From NCBI GenBank assembly GCA_050012515.1, contig JBEKHA010000013.1, positions 1,441 to 65,440 of the forward strand: a stretch of DNA of 64,000 nucleotides, given 5' to 3'. Position 1 is the first letter of the stretch; each line of letters opens with the position of its first letter. This DNA comes from Sedimentisphaerales bacterium (GTDB taxonomy: Bacteria; Planctomycetota; Phycisphaerae; Sedimentisphaerales; Anaerobacaceae). The position numbers and the translations under genes are program-made. Positions 29,537 through 40,090 of the stretch are shown here, piece by piece. The notes below the pieces were generated by a model. It had not been told where the DNA came from. It searched no databases and saw only the letters and a list, made by a program, of their open reading frames with translations.

Positions 29537-30169
29537 CTATCTCGAACAGAACTCAACAACCAACTGCTCCTCTACCGGGATTTGAACATCATCCCTTGTT
29601 GGAACCGCCACTATCGTCGCCTCCGGCTTATCACGGTCGAGCTGCAGCCAGCCCTGGGTCGTGAAATTAGGATTCAGCGCCAATTGCTGTTTAATTTCCT
29701 TAACACTCTTTTCCGAACTTTTTACCGTAATCTTGTCGCCAACATCCAAGCTGAAATCCGGTAAGTCAACCTTGTGCCCGTTGACAAGAACGTGCCCATG
29801 AGTAATCAATTGCCGGGCGGCCTTCCGCGACGGCGCAAAATTCAATTTGTATACCACGTTATCCAGGCGTCTTTCCAAAAGCTGCAGCAGCATCTGGCCT
29901 GTGTTGCCTTTCATCCGTTCGGCCTGGTGGAAATAGCGTATAAACTGACGTTCCCAAATGCCGTAGTATCGCTTGACTTTCTGCTTTTCATGAAGCCGGA
30001 CTCCGTATTCGCTCGGCCGCCCCCGCCGCCAGCCGTGCATTCCCGGCGCCAAATTCTTCTGCTTTTTCTCCACTGGGCATTTCGCCGTCTCACACCTGCC
30101 GCCCTTAAGCATCAGCTTGATGCCTTGTCGGCGGCAATTCTTACAAGATGATCCAAGATAACGTCCCAT
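29537..30169 (-). CDS. rpsD: 30S ribosomal protein S4
   Basis: 'MGRYLGSSCKNCRRQG' and an S4 domain. Confidence 0.95.
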   Translation of the reverse strand: MGRYLGSSCKNCRRQGIKLMLKGGRCETAKCPVEKKQKNLAPGMHGWRRGRPSEYGVRLHEKQKVKRYYGIWERQFIRYFHQAERMKGNTGQMLLQLLERRLDNVVYKLNFAPSRKAARQLITHGHVLVNGHKVDLPDFSLDVGDKITVKSSEKSVKEIKQQLALNPNFTTQGWLQLDRDKPEATIVAVPTRDDVQIPVEEQLVVEFCSR

Positions 30170-30220
30170 TTGTTTCTGCCAAGCTCCTAATATATTTTAA
30201 TTAAAAACATTGTTTTCAAG

Positions 30221-30601
30221 CTACACGCGCCTGCGTTTAGACGGTCTGCACCCGTTATGGGGCAGAGGCGTAACGTCTTCAATTGACGATATGCGCAACC
30301 CCGCCTGTTGCAGCGCGGCAATCGCTGATTCACGTCCCGGGCCGGGGCCTTTAACCCTTACCTCGACCTCGCGGACTCCGTTGCGCATCGCAGTGCTGGC
30401 CGCACGCTGGGCCGCCTGCGAGGCGGCAAAAGGCGTGCTCTTACGAGCGCCTTTGAATCCGACGCAACCGGCGGAACTGGTGCAAATCGCGCCGCCTTCA
30501 ACGTCCGTTATTGTAATCAGCGTATTGTTGAACGACGCCTTTATGTGAACAATCGCCTTTGCTATGTTCTTCCTGACTTTACGTTTTACCACATTTGCCA
30601 T
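30221..30601 (-). CDS. rpsK: 30S ribosomal protein S11
   Basis: '[17 protein letters not shown]'. Confidence 0.96.
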   Translation of the reverse strand: MANVVKRKVRKNIAKAIVHIKASFNNTLITITDVEGGAICTSSAGCVGFKGARKSTPFAASQAAQRAASTAMRNGVREVEVRVKGPGPGRESAIAALQQAGLRISSIEDVTPLPHNGCRPSKRRRV

Positions 30602-30642
30602 TATTCAAAAAACTCCGCGAATAAAATTATGAAAATAAAAAA

Positions 30643-31029
30643 CTATCCTCTCATTTCCTTCACGCCCTTCTTCCCGGCAACGGTCTTCCTCGGCCCTTTG
30701 CGCGTCCTGGCATTGGTCCGTGTCCGCTGGCCGTGAACAGGCAGTCCTTTTCTGTGACGAATGCCCCTGTAACAGCCAATATCACGCAAACGCGCGATAT
30801 TCTGAGTTACCTGCCTGCGAAGCTGTCCGCCTACAACGTAACTGCGCTCGATAATCTGTGTTATTCGGCTCAGCTCATCTTCGGTCAGTTTGCCGGCAGG
30901 GGTATTTATGTCAACCTTCGCCTCTTTAAGAATTTCCACGGAGGTATGCCTGCCTATGCCGTAAACATAAGTCAGCGCAATCCACATCGCCTTCTGATTC
31001 GGAATATCAATACCAACTACACGCGGCAT
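30643..31029 (-). CDS. rpsM: 30S ribosomal protein S13
   Basis: '[13 protein letters not shown]...[15 protein letters not shown]'. Confidence 0.96.
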   Translation of the reverse strand: MPRVVGIDIPNQKAMWIALTYVYGIGRHTSVEILKEAKVDINTPAGKLTEDELSRITQIIERSYVVGGQLRRQVTQNIARLRDIGCYRGIRHRKGLPVHGQRTRTNARTRKGPRKTVAGKKGVKEMRG

Positions 31030-31070
31030 ATCTGCTCCTTATAAATTGCCTTCGGGCCGTGACCGCCAAG

Positions 31071-31184
31071 CTACCCTTGTCTCTGTTTATGACGGGCGTT
31101 GCTGCAAATCACGCGCACCACGCCTTTACGACGCACAATCTTGCAATTCTCACAAATTCGTCTTACTGAGCTTCTTACTTTCAT
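31071..31184 (-). CDS. rpmJ: 50S ribosomal protein L36
   Basis: Not in the ORF track because it is under 60 aa. My translation: [37 protein letters not shown]. Confidence 0.92.
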   Translation of the reverse strand: MKVRSSVRRICENCKIVRRKGVVRVICSNARHKQRQG

Positions 31185-31223
31185 TTCCTAAATCCGCCTT
31201 GCACAAAAAACGATACTAATCGT

Positions 31224-31439
31224 CTAATTTCTCAAAACAATCCGCCCCCTGTTCAGGTCATAGGGCGACATTTCTACCGTTACCGTATCACCAGGCAGTA
31301 TCCGGATAAAATGCATCCGCATCTTGCCCGAAACATGTGCCAGAATCTGATGCCCATTCTCGAGCTTGGCTCTGAACATCGCATTCGGCAGCGCTTCGAG
31401 CACTTCTGCCTGCAATCTTATTGCGTCTTTCTTGGTCAT
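31224..31439 (-). CDS. infA: Translation initiation factor IF-1
   Basis: S1-like 71-aa protein with '...[17 protein letters not shown]'. Confidence 0.96.
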   Translation of the reverse strand: MTKKDAIRLQAEVLEALPNAMFRAKLENGHQILAHVSGKMRMHFIRILPGDTVTVEMSPYDLNRGRIVLRN

Positions 31440-31442
31440 ACG

Positions 31443-32228
31443 TTATTTTAACTTTAACGTCAAAACCTCACATCCGCGGCCGGTTATCGCTATCGTATGC
31501 TCATAATGAGCCGAAAACTTCCCGTCAGCAGTTACAACCGTCCAGCCGTCTTTAAGCGTCCGAACGCTGCTAACGCCGGAGTTAATCATCGGCTCAACCG
31601 CCAGAATCATTCCTTCCGCCAGGACTATGTCGTTGGCCAACAGCTCTTTGCTGACGAAATTCGGCACTCTCGGCTCTTCGTGCATCTGGGTTCCGATTCC
31701 GTGCCCGACAAACTCGGTCACAACCGAAAAGCCGGCCGACTCAGCCATTTTCTGCATTTCGCCCGCTATTCTGCTCCAGCGAACTCCGGGGGCCGCCATT
31801 TTTATCGCCAAATCAAGCGCACCTTTGGTGATATCCATCAGCCGGCGATGTTCATCAGATATTTCGCCGATAGCGATCGTAACAGCCGCATCTCCGCAAT
31901 ATCCTCGAAGCCGCACGCCGAAGTCGATACTCAGAATATCGCCTTGTTTAAGCGTTACTTGTTTCGATGGTATCCCGTGAACCACCTGCTCGTTAATGGA
32001 AGCACAAATCACGCCTGGAAACGGCATTTTCGCATACGGGCTGCGAACCCCTCTAAACAAGGGTTGTGCCCCCGCCTGCGCGGTCATATCTGTCGCCACT
32101 TCATCCAAGTAAGCTGTGCTCACCCCGGGCCTGGCAATCTCTTGCAATTTTGAAAGAACGTCGGCTACAACGACGCCTGCATCCCGCATCAATCCAATTT
32201 CACGTCTGCTGCGAAGCGTTATAGCCAT
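31443..32228 (-). CDS. map: Type I methionine aminopeptidase
   Basis: 261 aa with 'VVHGIPS', 'DFG', 'GHGIG' and 'EPM'. Confidence 0.94.
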   Translation of the reverse strand: MAITLRSRREIGLMRDAGVVVADVLSKLQEIARPGVSTAYLDEVATDMTAQAGAQPLFRGVRSPYAKMPFPGVICASINEQVVHGIPSKQVTLKQGDILSIDFGVRLRGYCGDAAVTIAIGEISDEHRRLMDITKGALDLAIKMAAPGVRWSRIAGEMQKMAESAGFSVVTEFVGHGIGTQMHEEPRVPNFVSKELLANDIVLAEGMILAVEPMINSGVSSVRTLKDGWTVVTADGKFSAHYEHTIAITGRGCEVLTLKLK

Positions 32229-32243
32229 TTAAAAAACCACACA

Positions 32244-32891
32244 CTACGCCAACGGGGCCAATTTACGGAATATCAGGTCCCTTACGTTTTCTGCTTCTTC
32301 GTTGGCGTCAATGTCAAATACGGTATTTTTCCGCTTATAGTAATCAACCAACGGCGCCGTTTGCTCGTTATAATTTTTCAGCCGGGTTATAACAACCTCA
32401 GCAGTATCATCAGGCCGCTGCAAAAGCAAACTGCCGTCCTTGTCGCATTTCCCGTCAACACGGGGCTTCAAATTTTCAATATGATAAACCGCGGCACATT
32501 TCGGGCAAATCCTTCTGCCGGTTATCCGCCGGATAATAATTTTCTCGTTCACCTGCAGATTCAAAACCGCGTCTATCTTCTGCTTCCTGCTTTCAAGCGC
32601 CTTGTCAAGGTTCTCCGCCTGTTTTACCGTGCGAGGAAAACCATCAAGCACGTAACCGCCTGCCGGCACCCTGGCGATTTCATCAATCATCATATCAATA
32701 ATAATATCATCCGGCACTAACGCCCCGGAATCCATAAACTGCTGCGCCTTTTTACCCAGCGCCGTTCCCTGTGCCCTGTGACGCCTGAGTATATCGCCGC
32801 TTGACAAATGCAGCAAATGATACTTTTCAACTATATACTTGCACTGCGTACCCTTGCCGGCACCAGGAGCACCCAGCAGCACAATTCTCAT
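32244..32891 (-). CDS. adk: Adenylate kinase (Zn-lid type)
   Basis: 'LLGAPGAGKGTQ' P-loop. The lid is 'CPKCAAVYH...DGKCDKDG'. Confidence 0.95.
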   Translation of the reverse strand: MRIVLLGAPGAGKGTQCKYIVEKYHLLHLSSGDILRRHRAQGTALGKKAQQFMDSGALVPDDIIIDMMIDEIARVPAGGYVLDGFPRTVKQAENLDKALESRKQKIDAVLNLQVNEKIIIRRITGRRICPKCAAVYHIENLKPRVDGKCDKDGSLLLQRPDDTAEVVITRLKNYNEQTAPLVDYYKRKNTVFDIDANEEAENVRDLIFRKLAPLA

Positions 32892-34273
32892 GAATACGCT
32901 CCTTTTATCCTGCCGGTCTCACTGAATCCCTCATAGCTGTGCATAAGCAAACTGGCTTCTATTCTCTGGACGAGGTCAAGCGAAACACTGACGACAATCA
33001 ACAGTCCCGTCCCGCCCAAAAACGTTGCCACTCGCCAGTCAACCCCCAGAAGCACCATCACCACCGACGGCACAACCGCAATTACAGCCACAAATGCTCC
33101 GCCATAATACGTTACCCTGGTCATTACCGTCTCAAGATATTCCGCAGTTCTGCGCCCCGGGCGTAATCCGGGAATAAAGCTGCCCGAATCACGAAGGTTC
33201 TTCGCAAGGTCTTTGGGCTGGAACTGAACGGAAACCCAGAAGTATGCGAACAGGAATATCAGAACCATATATATGATGTTGTAGGTGAACGCGTGCGGGC
33301 GCAGCGAATTTTGGAGCGCTATAAAGAACCCTGAGCGTCCAACCGCCTCTATACGTGCCAGTTGAACCACAATGACCGGCAAAAAGGACATAAAAGCCGA
33401 AGCAAAGATAATCGGCATCACGCCGCCGTGGTTTACACGCAAAGGAAGGTAATGTCTCTGGCCGCCATACATCCGGTGACCACGCATCATTTTTGCCTGC
33501 TGAACGGGTATGCGCCTTTGCCCCTGTGTTATCAGGATTGCCCCTGCAACGACAAACACAAACGCTCCGATAAGGAACAGAACCTTCGTCGGACCAATGC
33601 TGCCCGCAGGTGCAGCTACGTCAAATGAAACGCTCATCGCAAGTTTGCGTAATGCCCAGGGCATACGCGAAATAATTCCGGCCATAATAATCAAGCTTAT
33701 GCCGTTGCCTATGCCGTATTCGTCAATCTGCTCACCGAGCCACATCAGGAATATCGTCCCGGCGGTCATACCAACAATGCCCATAATCGCCGCCTGAACA
33801 TGCATTCCCGGATACATAAATCCTCGCATACCCAGCAGACGCATATACATCAACCCCTGGAGAATGCAAATCGGCACCGTCAAGTACCGCGTGTATTCCT
33901 GTATCTTCTTATAGCCGGTCTGCCCTTCCTGACGCAGTTTTTTCAACGCCGGCACCACTTCCTGCACCAGCATCAAAATAATCGACGCCGTGATATAAGG
34001 CATAATACCAAGACCGAACAAGCTGCTGTTGTCAAGGTTGCCGCCCGTGAACATCTGCATCATTTCGGCGGCTCGTCCCAGCGGGCTTTCCGTATCACGG
34101 GCGCCTGCCGCATCCGCTATCGCACCGATATCAAACCCCGGTATCGGGATATGAAAACCTATGCGATAAATACACAACATGCCCAGCGTGAACAACAGTT
34201 TGTTCCGCAAATCGACTATCTTGAATATATTGACTACTGTTTTAAGTATCATCGTTCTATCGACCGACAACAA
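32888..34273 (-). CDS. secY: Preprotein translocase subunit SecY
   Basis: 10-TM pattern with 'IYRIGFHIPIPG'. The start is ambiguous: TTG at 34273 or ATG at 34252. Confidence 0.93.
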   Translation of the reverse strand: MLSVDRTMILKTVVNIFKIVDLRNKLLFTLGMLCIYRIGFHIPIPGFDIGAIADAAGARDTESPLGRAAEMMQMFTGGNLDNSSLFGLGIMPYITASIILMLVQEVVPALKKLRQEGQTGYKKIQEYTRYLTVPICILQGLMYMRLLGMRGFMYPGMHVQAAIMGIVGMTAGTIFLMWLGEQIDEYGIGNGISLIIMAGIISRMPWALRKLAMSVSFDVAAPAGSIGPTKVLFLIGAFVFVVAGAILITQGQRRIPVQQAKMMRGHRMYGGQRHYLPLRVNHGGVMPIIFASAFMSFLPVIVVQLARIEAVGRSGFFIALQNSLRPHAFTYNIIYMVLIFLFAYFWVSVQFQPKDLAKNLRDSGSFIPGLRPGRRTAEYLETVMTRVTYYGGAFVAVIAVVPSVVMVLLGVDWRVATFLGGTGLLIVVSVSLDLVQRIEASLLMHSYEGFSETGRIKGAYS

Positions 34274-34297
34274 TCCTGAAAATTTATGAACATCGCG

Positions 34298-34741
34298 TTA
34301 CGCAACCTGCACTGTTCCTCCGCAACCGGTAATTTTCTGCTCGGCGGCCTTGCTGAACTTATGGGCCGTAACCTGCAAACGTTTAGTCAAAGCTCCGCCT
34401 CCGAGAATCTTTACCTTGCTTGTGCTTCTGTCTATCAGGCCTACGTCTGAAAACTGCTGTAAACCAACGACGCTGCCGTCTTCAAATCTCTCTAACTGAG
34501 ATACGTTCACAACCTCATACCTCTGGGCAAACTGGACATTACTAAAGCCCCGCTTGGGCATACGCCTGAAGATAGGTATCTGTCCGCCTTCTCGATATCC
34601 TGACCTGTCCGCGCCCGACCTGCTCAAGCTGCCCTTGTGTCCCCGGCCGCACGTCTTGCCGTTACCGCTGCCAGAACCTCTGCCCAGACGCTTACGCGAT
34701 TTATGTTTACCCGCAACAGATGTTATTTGCCACTCGTACAT
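34298..34741 (-). CDS. rplO: 50S ribosomal protein L15
   Basis: 'RKRLGRGSGSGNGKTCGRGHKG'. Confidence 0.95.
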   Translation of the reverse strand: MYEWQITSVAGKHKSRKRLGRGSGSGNGKTCGRGHKGSLSRSGADRSGYREGGQIPIFRRMPKRGFSNVQFAQRYEVVNVSQLERFEDGSVVGLQQFSDVGLIDRSTSKVKILGGGALTKRLQVTAHKFSKAAEQKITGCGGTVQVA

Positions 34742-34747
34742 CTACAA

Positions 34748-35266
34748 TCACCACCTTTTTACCGGCTGCACTTCAACGCCTCTAAGCTGCTCAATCACTT
34801 CTTTGGTGCGCAGCTTCATCAAGCCGTCCATCGTGGCCTTAAGAACATTTTTGGCTGACGTGCTGCCGTACACCTTTGTCAGCACATCCTGAACACCCGC
34901 GTATTCCAGCACCGCTCGTGCGCTCAAACCGGCAATAACGCCCGTTCCCGGACTCGCCGGAACTAATGTTACCCGCGTCGAGCCGAATTTCCCCATCACC
35001 TGATGAGGAAGCGTGCGACCCGTAAGCGGAACCTTACGCAGGTCCTTCTTGGCTTCTTTTATGCCTTTCTCAACCGCCTGCGGAACTTCGTTGGCCTTCG
35101 CGTAACCGATGCCGACTGTTCCTGCCCGGTCGCCAACCACCACCAAAGCCCCGAAGCTGAATCTTCGCCCGCCTTTTACTACTTTGGCGCAGCGATATAT
35201 CTTTACCACCGTATCTTCCAACGGCGACTCTTCCTGCTCCATCGGTCTACCTGGTTCTGCTGCCAA
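34748..35266 (-). CDS. rpsE: 30S ribosomal protein S5
   Basis: '[19 protein letters not shown]'. Confidence 0.95.
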   Translation of the reverse strand: MAAEPGRPMEQEESPLEDTVVKIYRCAKVVKGGRRFSFGALVVVGDRAGTVGIGYAKANEVPQAVEKGIKEAKKDLRKVPLTGRTLPHQVMGKFGSTRVTLVPASPGTGVIAGLSARAVLEYAGVQDVLTKVYGSTSAKNVLKATMDGLMKLRTKEVIEQLRGVEVQPVKRW

Positions 35267-35297
35267 TTTTTTTCTCCAGAATTACCGTGTTACTATT

Positions 35298-35663
35298 TTA
35301 AAATGCCAGTCCTGCTTTTCTGGCTGCGTCCGCCAAACTTTTTACTCTGCCGTGATATTTATACGACCCTCTGTCAAAACACACACACTTGATGCCCACG
35401 CCCATCGCCTGCTTGGCAATCGCTTCGCCAATTATTTCCGCCGCCTTCTTGTTGCCCGTCTTGGCGATTTTGTCTCGCAGCGTTTTCGACTTGGTGCTGG
35501 CCGAAGCGAGAGTCAGGCCCGCAACATCGTCTATGATCTGGACGTATATATGCCTGCTCGAGCGAAATACCGACATTCTCGGCCGCTCAGGCGTTCCATT
35601 CAATTTTTTGCGCACATGAAACTTGCGTCTCCGTGCGGCTCTTTGTACATTTTTCCATCTCAT
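35298..35663 (-). CDS. rplR: 50S ribosomal protein L18
   Basis: '[20 protein letters not shown]'. Confidence 0.95.
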   Translation of the reverse strand: MRWKNVQRAARRRKFHVRKKLNGTPERPRMSVFRSSRHIYVQIIDDVAGLTLASASTKSKTLRDKIAKTGNKKAAEIIGEAIAKQAMGVGIKCVCFDRGSYKYHGRVKSLADAARKAGLAF

Positions 35664-35688
35664 TACTTATCAACCAAACCTTAATTAA

Positions 35689-36270
35689 TTATGCTGTGCC
35701 TGAAGTAAATGTCTTGCCGACCTTGCGTTTCACAACTTCACCTGAGAAACGAATTCCCTTGCCCTTATACGGTTCGGGTGGTCTTACCTTACGCACGTCC
35801 GCGGCAAACCTGCCCAGAACACATTTATCCACCGACGTTAAAGTAAATTTCGCCGGCGTATCATCGCCCCTGGTTGCCGCCACGTCTATTTTCACTTTAA
35901 CGCCCTTCGGTATCTCTATATCTATCGGGTTGGCATAACCTACCTGAAGGACCAATTTACCGCCCTGCTCCTTGACGGTGTAGCCGGTTCCAAATATTTC
36001 GAGCTTCTTCTCAAACCCTTTGCTGACACCCTCAACCATATTGGCCAATATCGCCCGCATTGTCCCGTGAAGCTGTTTATCTTCCCGTATCTGCGGGTTC
36101 TTGTTGCCGACCAGGATGTTACCCGTGGCGCTATCGAGCTTGACTTCTATCTGCGGGCGGCAGGCAATTTCTATATTGCCTAACGGCCCGGAAATCCTGA
36201 CCTGTCCGCTCTTCTGCTCGAACTTCACGCCGGAAGGAACACTTATTGGTTTTTTACCTATACGACTCAT
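35689..36270 (-). CDS. rplF: 50S ribosomal protein L6
   Basis: 'MSRIGKKPISVPSGV'. The ATG overlaps the rpsH stop (TGATG). Confidence 0.94.
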   Translation of the reverse strand: MSRIGKKPISVPSGVKFEQKSGQVRISGPLGNIEIACRPQIEVKLDSATGNILVGNKNPQIREDKQLHGTMRAILANMVEGVSKGFEKKLEIFGTGYTVKEQGGKLVLQVGYANPIDIEIPKGVKVKIDVAATRGDDTPAKFTLTSVDKCVLGRFAADVRKVRPPEPYKGKGIRFSGEVVKRKVGKTFTSGTA

Positions 36271-36668
36271 CAACGCACCGTACAAATTATTTCGCCGCCG
36301 ATTTTTGCCTGCCGACAGCTCTTGTCACTCATCATTCCCTTGCTCGTCGATATTATGGCTATACCCATACCGTTCAAAACATATGGCAAATCATCAACCG
36401 ACGAATAAACCCGACGACCGGGTTTGCTTATTCTCTTTATTTCTTCAATAACCGACCGGCCCGTCTGGTCGTATTTCAGCGTAATCCGCAATATCCCCTG
36501 CGTAGCGTCATCTACCTTCTCGAAGTCCTCTATGTAACCTTCCGTCTTCATCACGGCCGCTATCGACATGCAGACCTTAGAGGCCCTTATGTTCACCTTC
36601 TCGCTCATTATCCGAGCGGCGTTGCGAACTCGCGTCAACATATCAGCTATTGGATCACTCAAGCTCAT
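36270..36668 (-). CDS. rpsH: 30S ribosomal protein S8
   Basis: 'MSLSDPIADMLTRVRNA'. Confidence 0.96.
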   Translation of the reverse strand: MSLSDPIADMLTRVRNAARIMSEKVNIRASKVCMSIAAVMKTEGYIEDFEKVDDATQGILRITLKYDQTGRSVIEEIKRISKPGRRVYSSVDDLPYVLNGMGIAIISTSKGMMSDKSCRQAKIGGEIICTVR

Positions 36669-36708
36669 ATTTTTTCTCTTAATTCTCCAGTCGGCTCAAC
36701 CGGCGCCT

Positions 36709-36894
36709 TTACCAGCTCGCCTTTTTTACTCCGGGTATCTTGCCTTCGTTAGCAAGCTTCCGAAAGCAAATCCGGCAAAGCTTAAACTTTTGATAAACAG
36801 CTCTGGCCCTGCCGCAAATCTCACAACGAGTGTACTTCCTCACTTTGAACTTCGGTTTCGATCTTGCCTTATTAACAAGGGCCTTTGTTGACAT
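36709..36894 (-). CDS. rpsN: 30S ribosomal protein S14 (type Z, zinc-binding)
   Basis: 61 aa with '[10 protein letters not shown]...CRIC'. Confidence 0.95.
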   Translation of the reverse strand: MSTKALVNKARSKPKFKVRKYTRCEICGRARAVYQKFKLCRICFRKLANEGKIPGVKKASW

Positions 36895-36935
36895 AGTTAC
36901 CTGCTAAAAATCCTTAATTTGTTCTATAAATCCGG

Positions 36936-37511
36936 TTAATCCTGATCATCTTTCGACTTCGAATCGGTTTTCAATGCCTTGAACGGCATACCAAACAGCG
37001 CCAGCATGCGCCTCGCCTCATCATCGCTCCTGGCCGTCGTTACAAACGTGATATTCATGCCCTGCTGGAACTCGACCTTCACCGGGTTGATTTCCGGGAA
37101 AACCGTCTGTTCGCTCAGTCCCATCGAATAAGCGCCTCTGCCGTCAAAACCGTTTCGGTTAAGCCCGCGAAAATCTCTTACCCGCGGTATCGCCAAACTG
37201 ATAAGCCGGTCAAGAAACTCATACATTCGTTCACCGCGCATCGTAACCTTCAAACCGGTTTCCTGACCCGCGCGAACTTTGAAATTCGAGACGCTCTTCT
37301 TGGCCTTGCACACTAACGGCATCTGTCCTGTTATCAATGTCAGGTCGGCTTTGGCCAGCTCAATATACTTTTTATCCGTCACCGCTTTGCCGACGCCCAT
37401 CGAAACGACTATTTTCTCTAAGCGGGGCACCGCCATCCGGTTCTTATACCCGAACTCTTTTACCAGTTCCCCGACTACCTTCGATTTGTATAAATCTTTC
37501 AAACGCGCCAT
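36936..37511 (-). CDS. rplE: 50S ribosomal protein L5
   Basis: '[13 protein letters not shown]...[13 protein letters not shown]'. Confidence 0.95.
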   Translation of the reverse strand: MARLKDLYKSKVVGELVKEFGYKNRMAVPRLEKIVVSMGVGKAVTDKKYIELAKADLTLITGQMPLVCKAKKSVSNFKVRAGQETGLKVTMRGERMYEFLDRLISLAIPRVRDFRGLNRNGFDGRGAYSMGLSEQTVFPEINPVKVEFQQGMNITFVTTARSDDEARRMLALFGMPFKALKTDSKSKDDQD

Positions 37512-37527
37512 CGTTATTTACCGTTGC

Positions 37528-37866
37528 TCATTTCTTTTTTGGATGTCTGATTACGCTTATTTTTGTGCCGTCTTCGGCCACTCTCAGCTTGCCGCCGTTG
37601 CTGCCAACCTCAAAATGAACCCGGCTCGCCTTCGATGTCTTCGGGTTGACCGGCAAAACGTTGCTTACGTGTATCGGCTGCTCGATATTTATCCGACCGC
37701 CCGAAGGACTCTTTCGCGACGGCTTAACATGCTTCTTCGCCAGGTTGATGCCCTGAAGGATGACCTTGTTCTCATCCCGCATCACGCGAAGCACCTTGCC
37801 CGTTGTGCCTTTGTGGTCGCCGGCTATCACCTGTACCATATCATCTTTTTTAATGTGCATCGCCAT
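37528..37866 (-). CDS. rplX: 50S ribosomal protein L24
   Basis: KOW motif 'IKKDDMVQVIAGDHKGTTGKV'. Confidence 0.94.
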   Translation of the reverse strand: MAMHIKKDDMVQVIAGDHKGTTGKVLRVMRDENKVILQGINLAKKHVKPSRKSPSGGRINIEQPIHVSNVLPVNPKTSKASRVHFEVGSNGGKLRVAEDGTKISVIRHPKKK

Positions 37867-37879
37867 CTGCTGTATCCCG

Positions 37880-38266
37880 TTAAACTACCTCGCTTGCCAG
37901 CGAGATTATCTTCATATAGTTCTTTTCACGAAGCTCACGGGCAACCGCGCCGAAAATACGGGTGCCTATCGGGTTGCCTTCGGCGTCAATCATAACCGCC
38001 GCGTTGGTATCGAACCGCACGTAACCCCCGTCGGGACGCCTTATCGGCTGCTTGGTGCGAACGATAACGCACTTGTGAACCTTCTTGTTATCGAGCTGGC
38101 AGGTGGGCAACCATTTCTTTATCGCCACACACACGATGTCCCCGACGCTTGCTACTGCACGCGTGAACTTGCCCCTGGCGCCGCTCTTGCCTAAAACCCT
38201 GATGCACTGTGCTACCTTGGCGCCAGAGTTATCAGCTATAAACAACATTGTTTCTTGTTGTATCAT
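37880..38266 (-). CDS. rplN: 50S ribosomal protein L14
   Basis: '[17 protein letters not shown]'. Confidence 0.96.
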   Translation of the reverse strand: MIQQETMLFIADNSGAKVAQCIRVLGKSGARGKFTRAVASVGDIVCVAIKKWLPTCQLDNKKVHKCVIVRTKQPIRRPDGGYVRFDTNAAVMIDAEGNPIGTRIFGAVARELREKNYMKIISLASEVV

Positions 38267-38280
38267 CTTTTACTTTCCAG

Positions 38281-38553
38281 CTATTGTTGCGGCAGTTCCT
38301 GGGCCGCTTTCGTTATAATGCGCACGAGGCGCCACCTTTTGGTTTTGCTGTACGGCCTGCACCCGGTAACTTCAACCACGTCACCCACGCCGGCAGCATC
38401 TTGCTCATCATGAACAGCCAGCCGGGTCCGCCTTTTGAGCGTCTTGCCATACTTAGGATGCCTGTACACGTAATCTACGGCAACCTTTATGGTTTTGCTG
38501 CTGCCCTTGCTTATCACTACCGCTTCTGTCGTTTTTACCTTGTGTTCCTGCAT
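38281..38553 (-). CDS. rpsQ: 30S ribosomal protein S17
   Basis: 'VVISKGSSKTIKVAVDYVYRHPKYGK'. Confidence 0.94.
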   Translation of the reverse strand: MQEHKVKTTEAVVISKGSSKTIKVAVDYVYRHPKYGKTLKRRTRLAVHDEQDAAGVGDVVEVTGCRPYSKTKRWRLVRIITKAAQELPQQ

Positions 38554-38575
38554 CCTTCTTTCCTTAACGGAGGCC

Positions 38576-38779
38576 CTATTGTTTTTTGGCCTCTATTTGA
38601 CGCTGACGTAATACCGTCTTTATTCTCGCTACTTCACGACGCGCGTTAATCGCCGCCCGGCAATCCTGCAGCTTTTCTGTCGTCGCCTGCGAACGTAAAT
38701 CAAACACGTGCCGCTGCAATTCCTGAATTTTGCTCTCAAGCTCATCCGTACTCATTTCACGATAAACTTGTGCTTTCAT
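38576..38779 (-). CDS. rpmC: 50S ribosomal protein L29
   Basis: 67 aa with 'ELQRHVFDLRSQ'. Confidence 0.92.
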   Translation of the reverse strand: MKAQVYREMSTDELESKIQELQRHVFDLRSQATTEKLQDCRAAINARREVARIKTVLRQRQIEAKKQ

Positions 38780-38789
38780 CTGTTTACCC

Positions 38790-39212
38790 TTATCCCACCG
38801 TGCGTCTGCGACGGATTAATCTGCATTTCATCGGCATCTTGTGCGCCACACGCAACAACGCCCGTTTAGCAATTTCCTCGCCAATACCGCTGACTTCAAA
38901 CAAAACCGCGCCTGGTCTGACTCGCGCCACCCAGAACGCCGGCTCACCTTTACCTTTACCCATTCGCGTCTCAAGCGGCTTGGCGCTTACCGGCTTGGCC
39001 GGGAATACCCTTATATAAACTTTGCCTTCACGCTGCAGATAATGCGTCGCCGCAACTCGGCCGGCCTCTATTGTCTTGCCTTCGAGCCAGCACTGTTCCA
39101 GCGACTGCAAACCGTATTCGCCGAACGCAACATAATTCGCCCTGGCAGCGTTGCACTTCATCTTGCCGCGCTGGCTTTTACGGTATTTCACTCTTTTCGG
39201 CATCAATGCCAT
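38790..39212 (-). CDS. rplP: 50S ribosomal protein L16
   Basis: 'MPKRVKYRKSQRGKM'. Confidence 0.96.
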   Translation of the reverse strand: MALMPKRVKYRKSQRGKMKCNAARANYVAFGEYGLQSLEQCWLEGKTIEAGRVAATHYLQREGKVYIRVFPAKPVSAKPLETRMGKGKGEPAFWVARVRPGAVLFEVSGIGEEIAKRALLRVAHKMPMKCRLIRRRRTVG

Positions 39213-39272
39213 TTTGTAAACCCTACGTTAAAACCTAAATATCAAATCTTTAAAATTACGTATCTTAAACCG

Positions 39273-40064
39273 TTAACCTGCCTGAGGACTTCCGCCTTCA
39301 GTCGGCGCCGCACCGGTATCCGCCGGTGGACTGCTCGCACGCCTCGGCCTACTCGAACCTTCGCCGCCGCCACCCTCGCCGCGACCGAACGGCTTACGCC
39401 TCGGCGCCTGTTTGACAACAATCGCCTCGCCGAAAAGACCGCGATGTACCCACACCTTGATACCTATCGTCCCGTATGTCGTCTCAGCACGGGCCTGAGC
39501 ATAATCAACATCCGCGTCCAGAGTATGAAGCGGGATACTTCCCTTCCTCTGCGTCTCACGCCGGGCTATTTCGGCTCCGCCTAACCGGCCTGAGCATAAA
39601 ATTTTCACGCCCTTGGCGCCGGCGTTCATCGCCGACTCGCAGAACTGTTTCATCGTGCGCCTGAATGACGCCCGCTTGCAAAGCTGCTCAGCAATCGCTT
39701 CGCCAATCAAAAATGCGTTCAGGTCCGGGTCTTTCACTTCAACAACGTTGACTGTAACCTTCCGGCCGGTCAACGCTTCTATTTCTTCACGCAGCTTGTC
39801 AACCTCACCGCCTCGCGGGCCGATTACCACGCCAGGCCTTGCGCTGTGCAGCGTTACCGTTACCTCATTGCGGGTCCTTATGATTTCCGTCTTCGCGACG
39901 CCGCCCTTGGGCATCTGCCGGTTGAATTTCTTGTCGATGAACTTGCGAATTTTCTGGTCCTCAACAAGAAACGTCCCGTAGTCCGCCTTCGACGCAAACC
40001 ACGTGCTGTCCCAGCCCCTGGTTATGCCTGTCCTGAAACCTATTGGCGATACCTTCTGACCCAT
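39273..40064 (-). CDS. rpsC: 30S ribosomal protein S3 (with Gly/Pro/Ser-rich C-terminal tail)
   Basis: 'MGQKVSPIGFRTG' begins at the ATG at 40064; the track ORF extends further, to 40124. KH domain present. Confidence 0.94.
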   Translation of the reverse strand: MGQKVSPIGFRTGITRGWDSTWFASKADYGTFLVEDQKIRKFIDKKFNRQMPKGGVAKTEIIRTRNEVTVTLHSARPGVVIGPRGGEVDKLREEIEALTGRKVTVNVVEVKDPDLNAFLIGEAIAEQLCKRASFRRTMKQFCESAMNAGAKGVKILCSGRLGGAEIARRETQRKGSIPLHTLDADVDYAQARAETTYGTIGIKVWVHRGLFGEAIVVKQAPRRKPFGRGEGGGGEGSSRPRRASSPPADTGAAPTEGGSPQAG

Positions 40065-40090
40065 AATTAAATTCGCCTTTAAATCTGCCC

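Noticed and set aside
34741-34748. rpmD (L30) between rpsE and rplO
   Set aside because: Only 6 nt separate the two genes, and no short ORF with an L30 pattern lies nearby.
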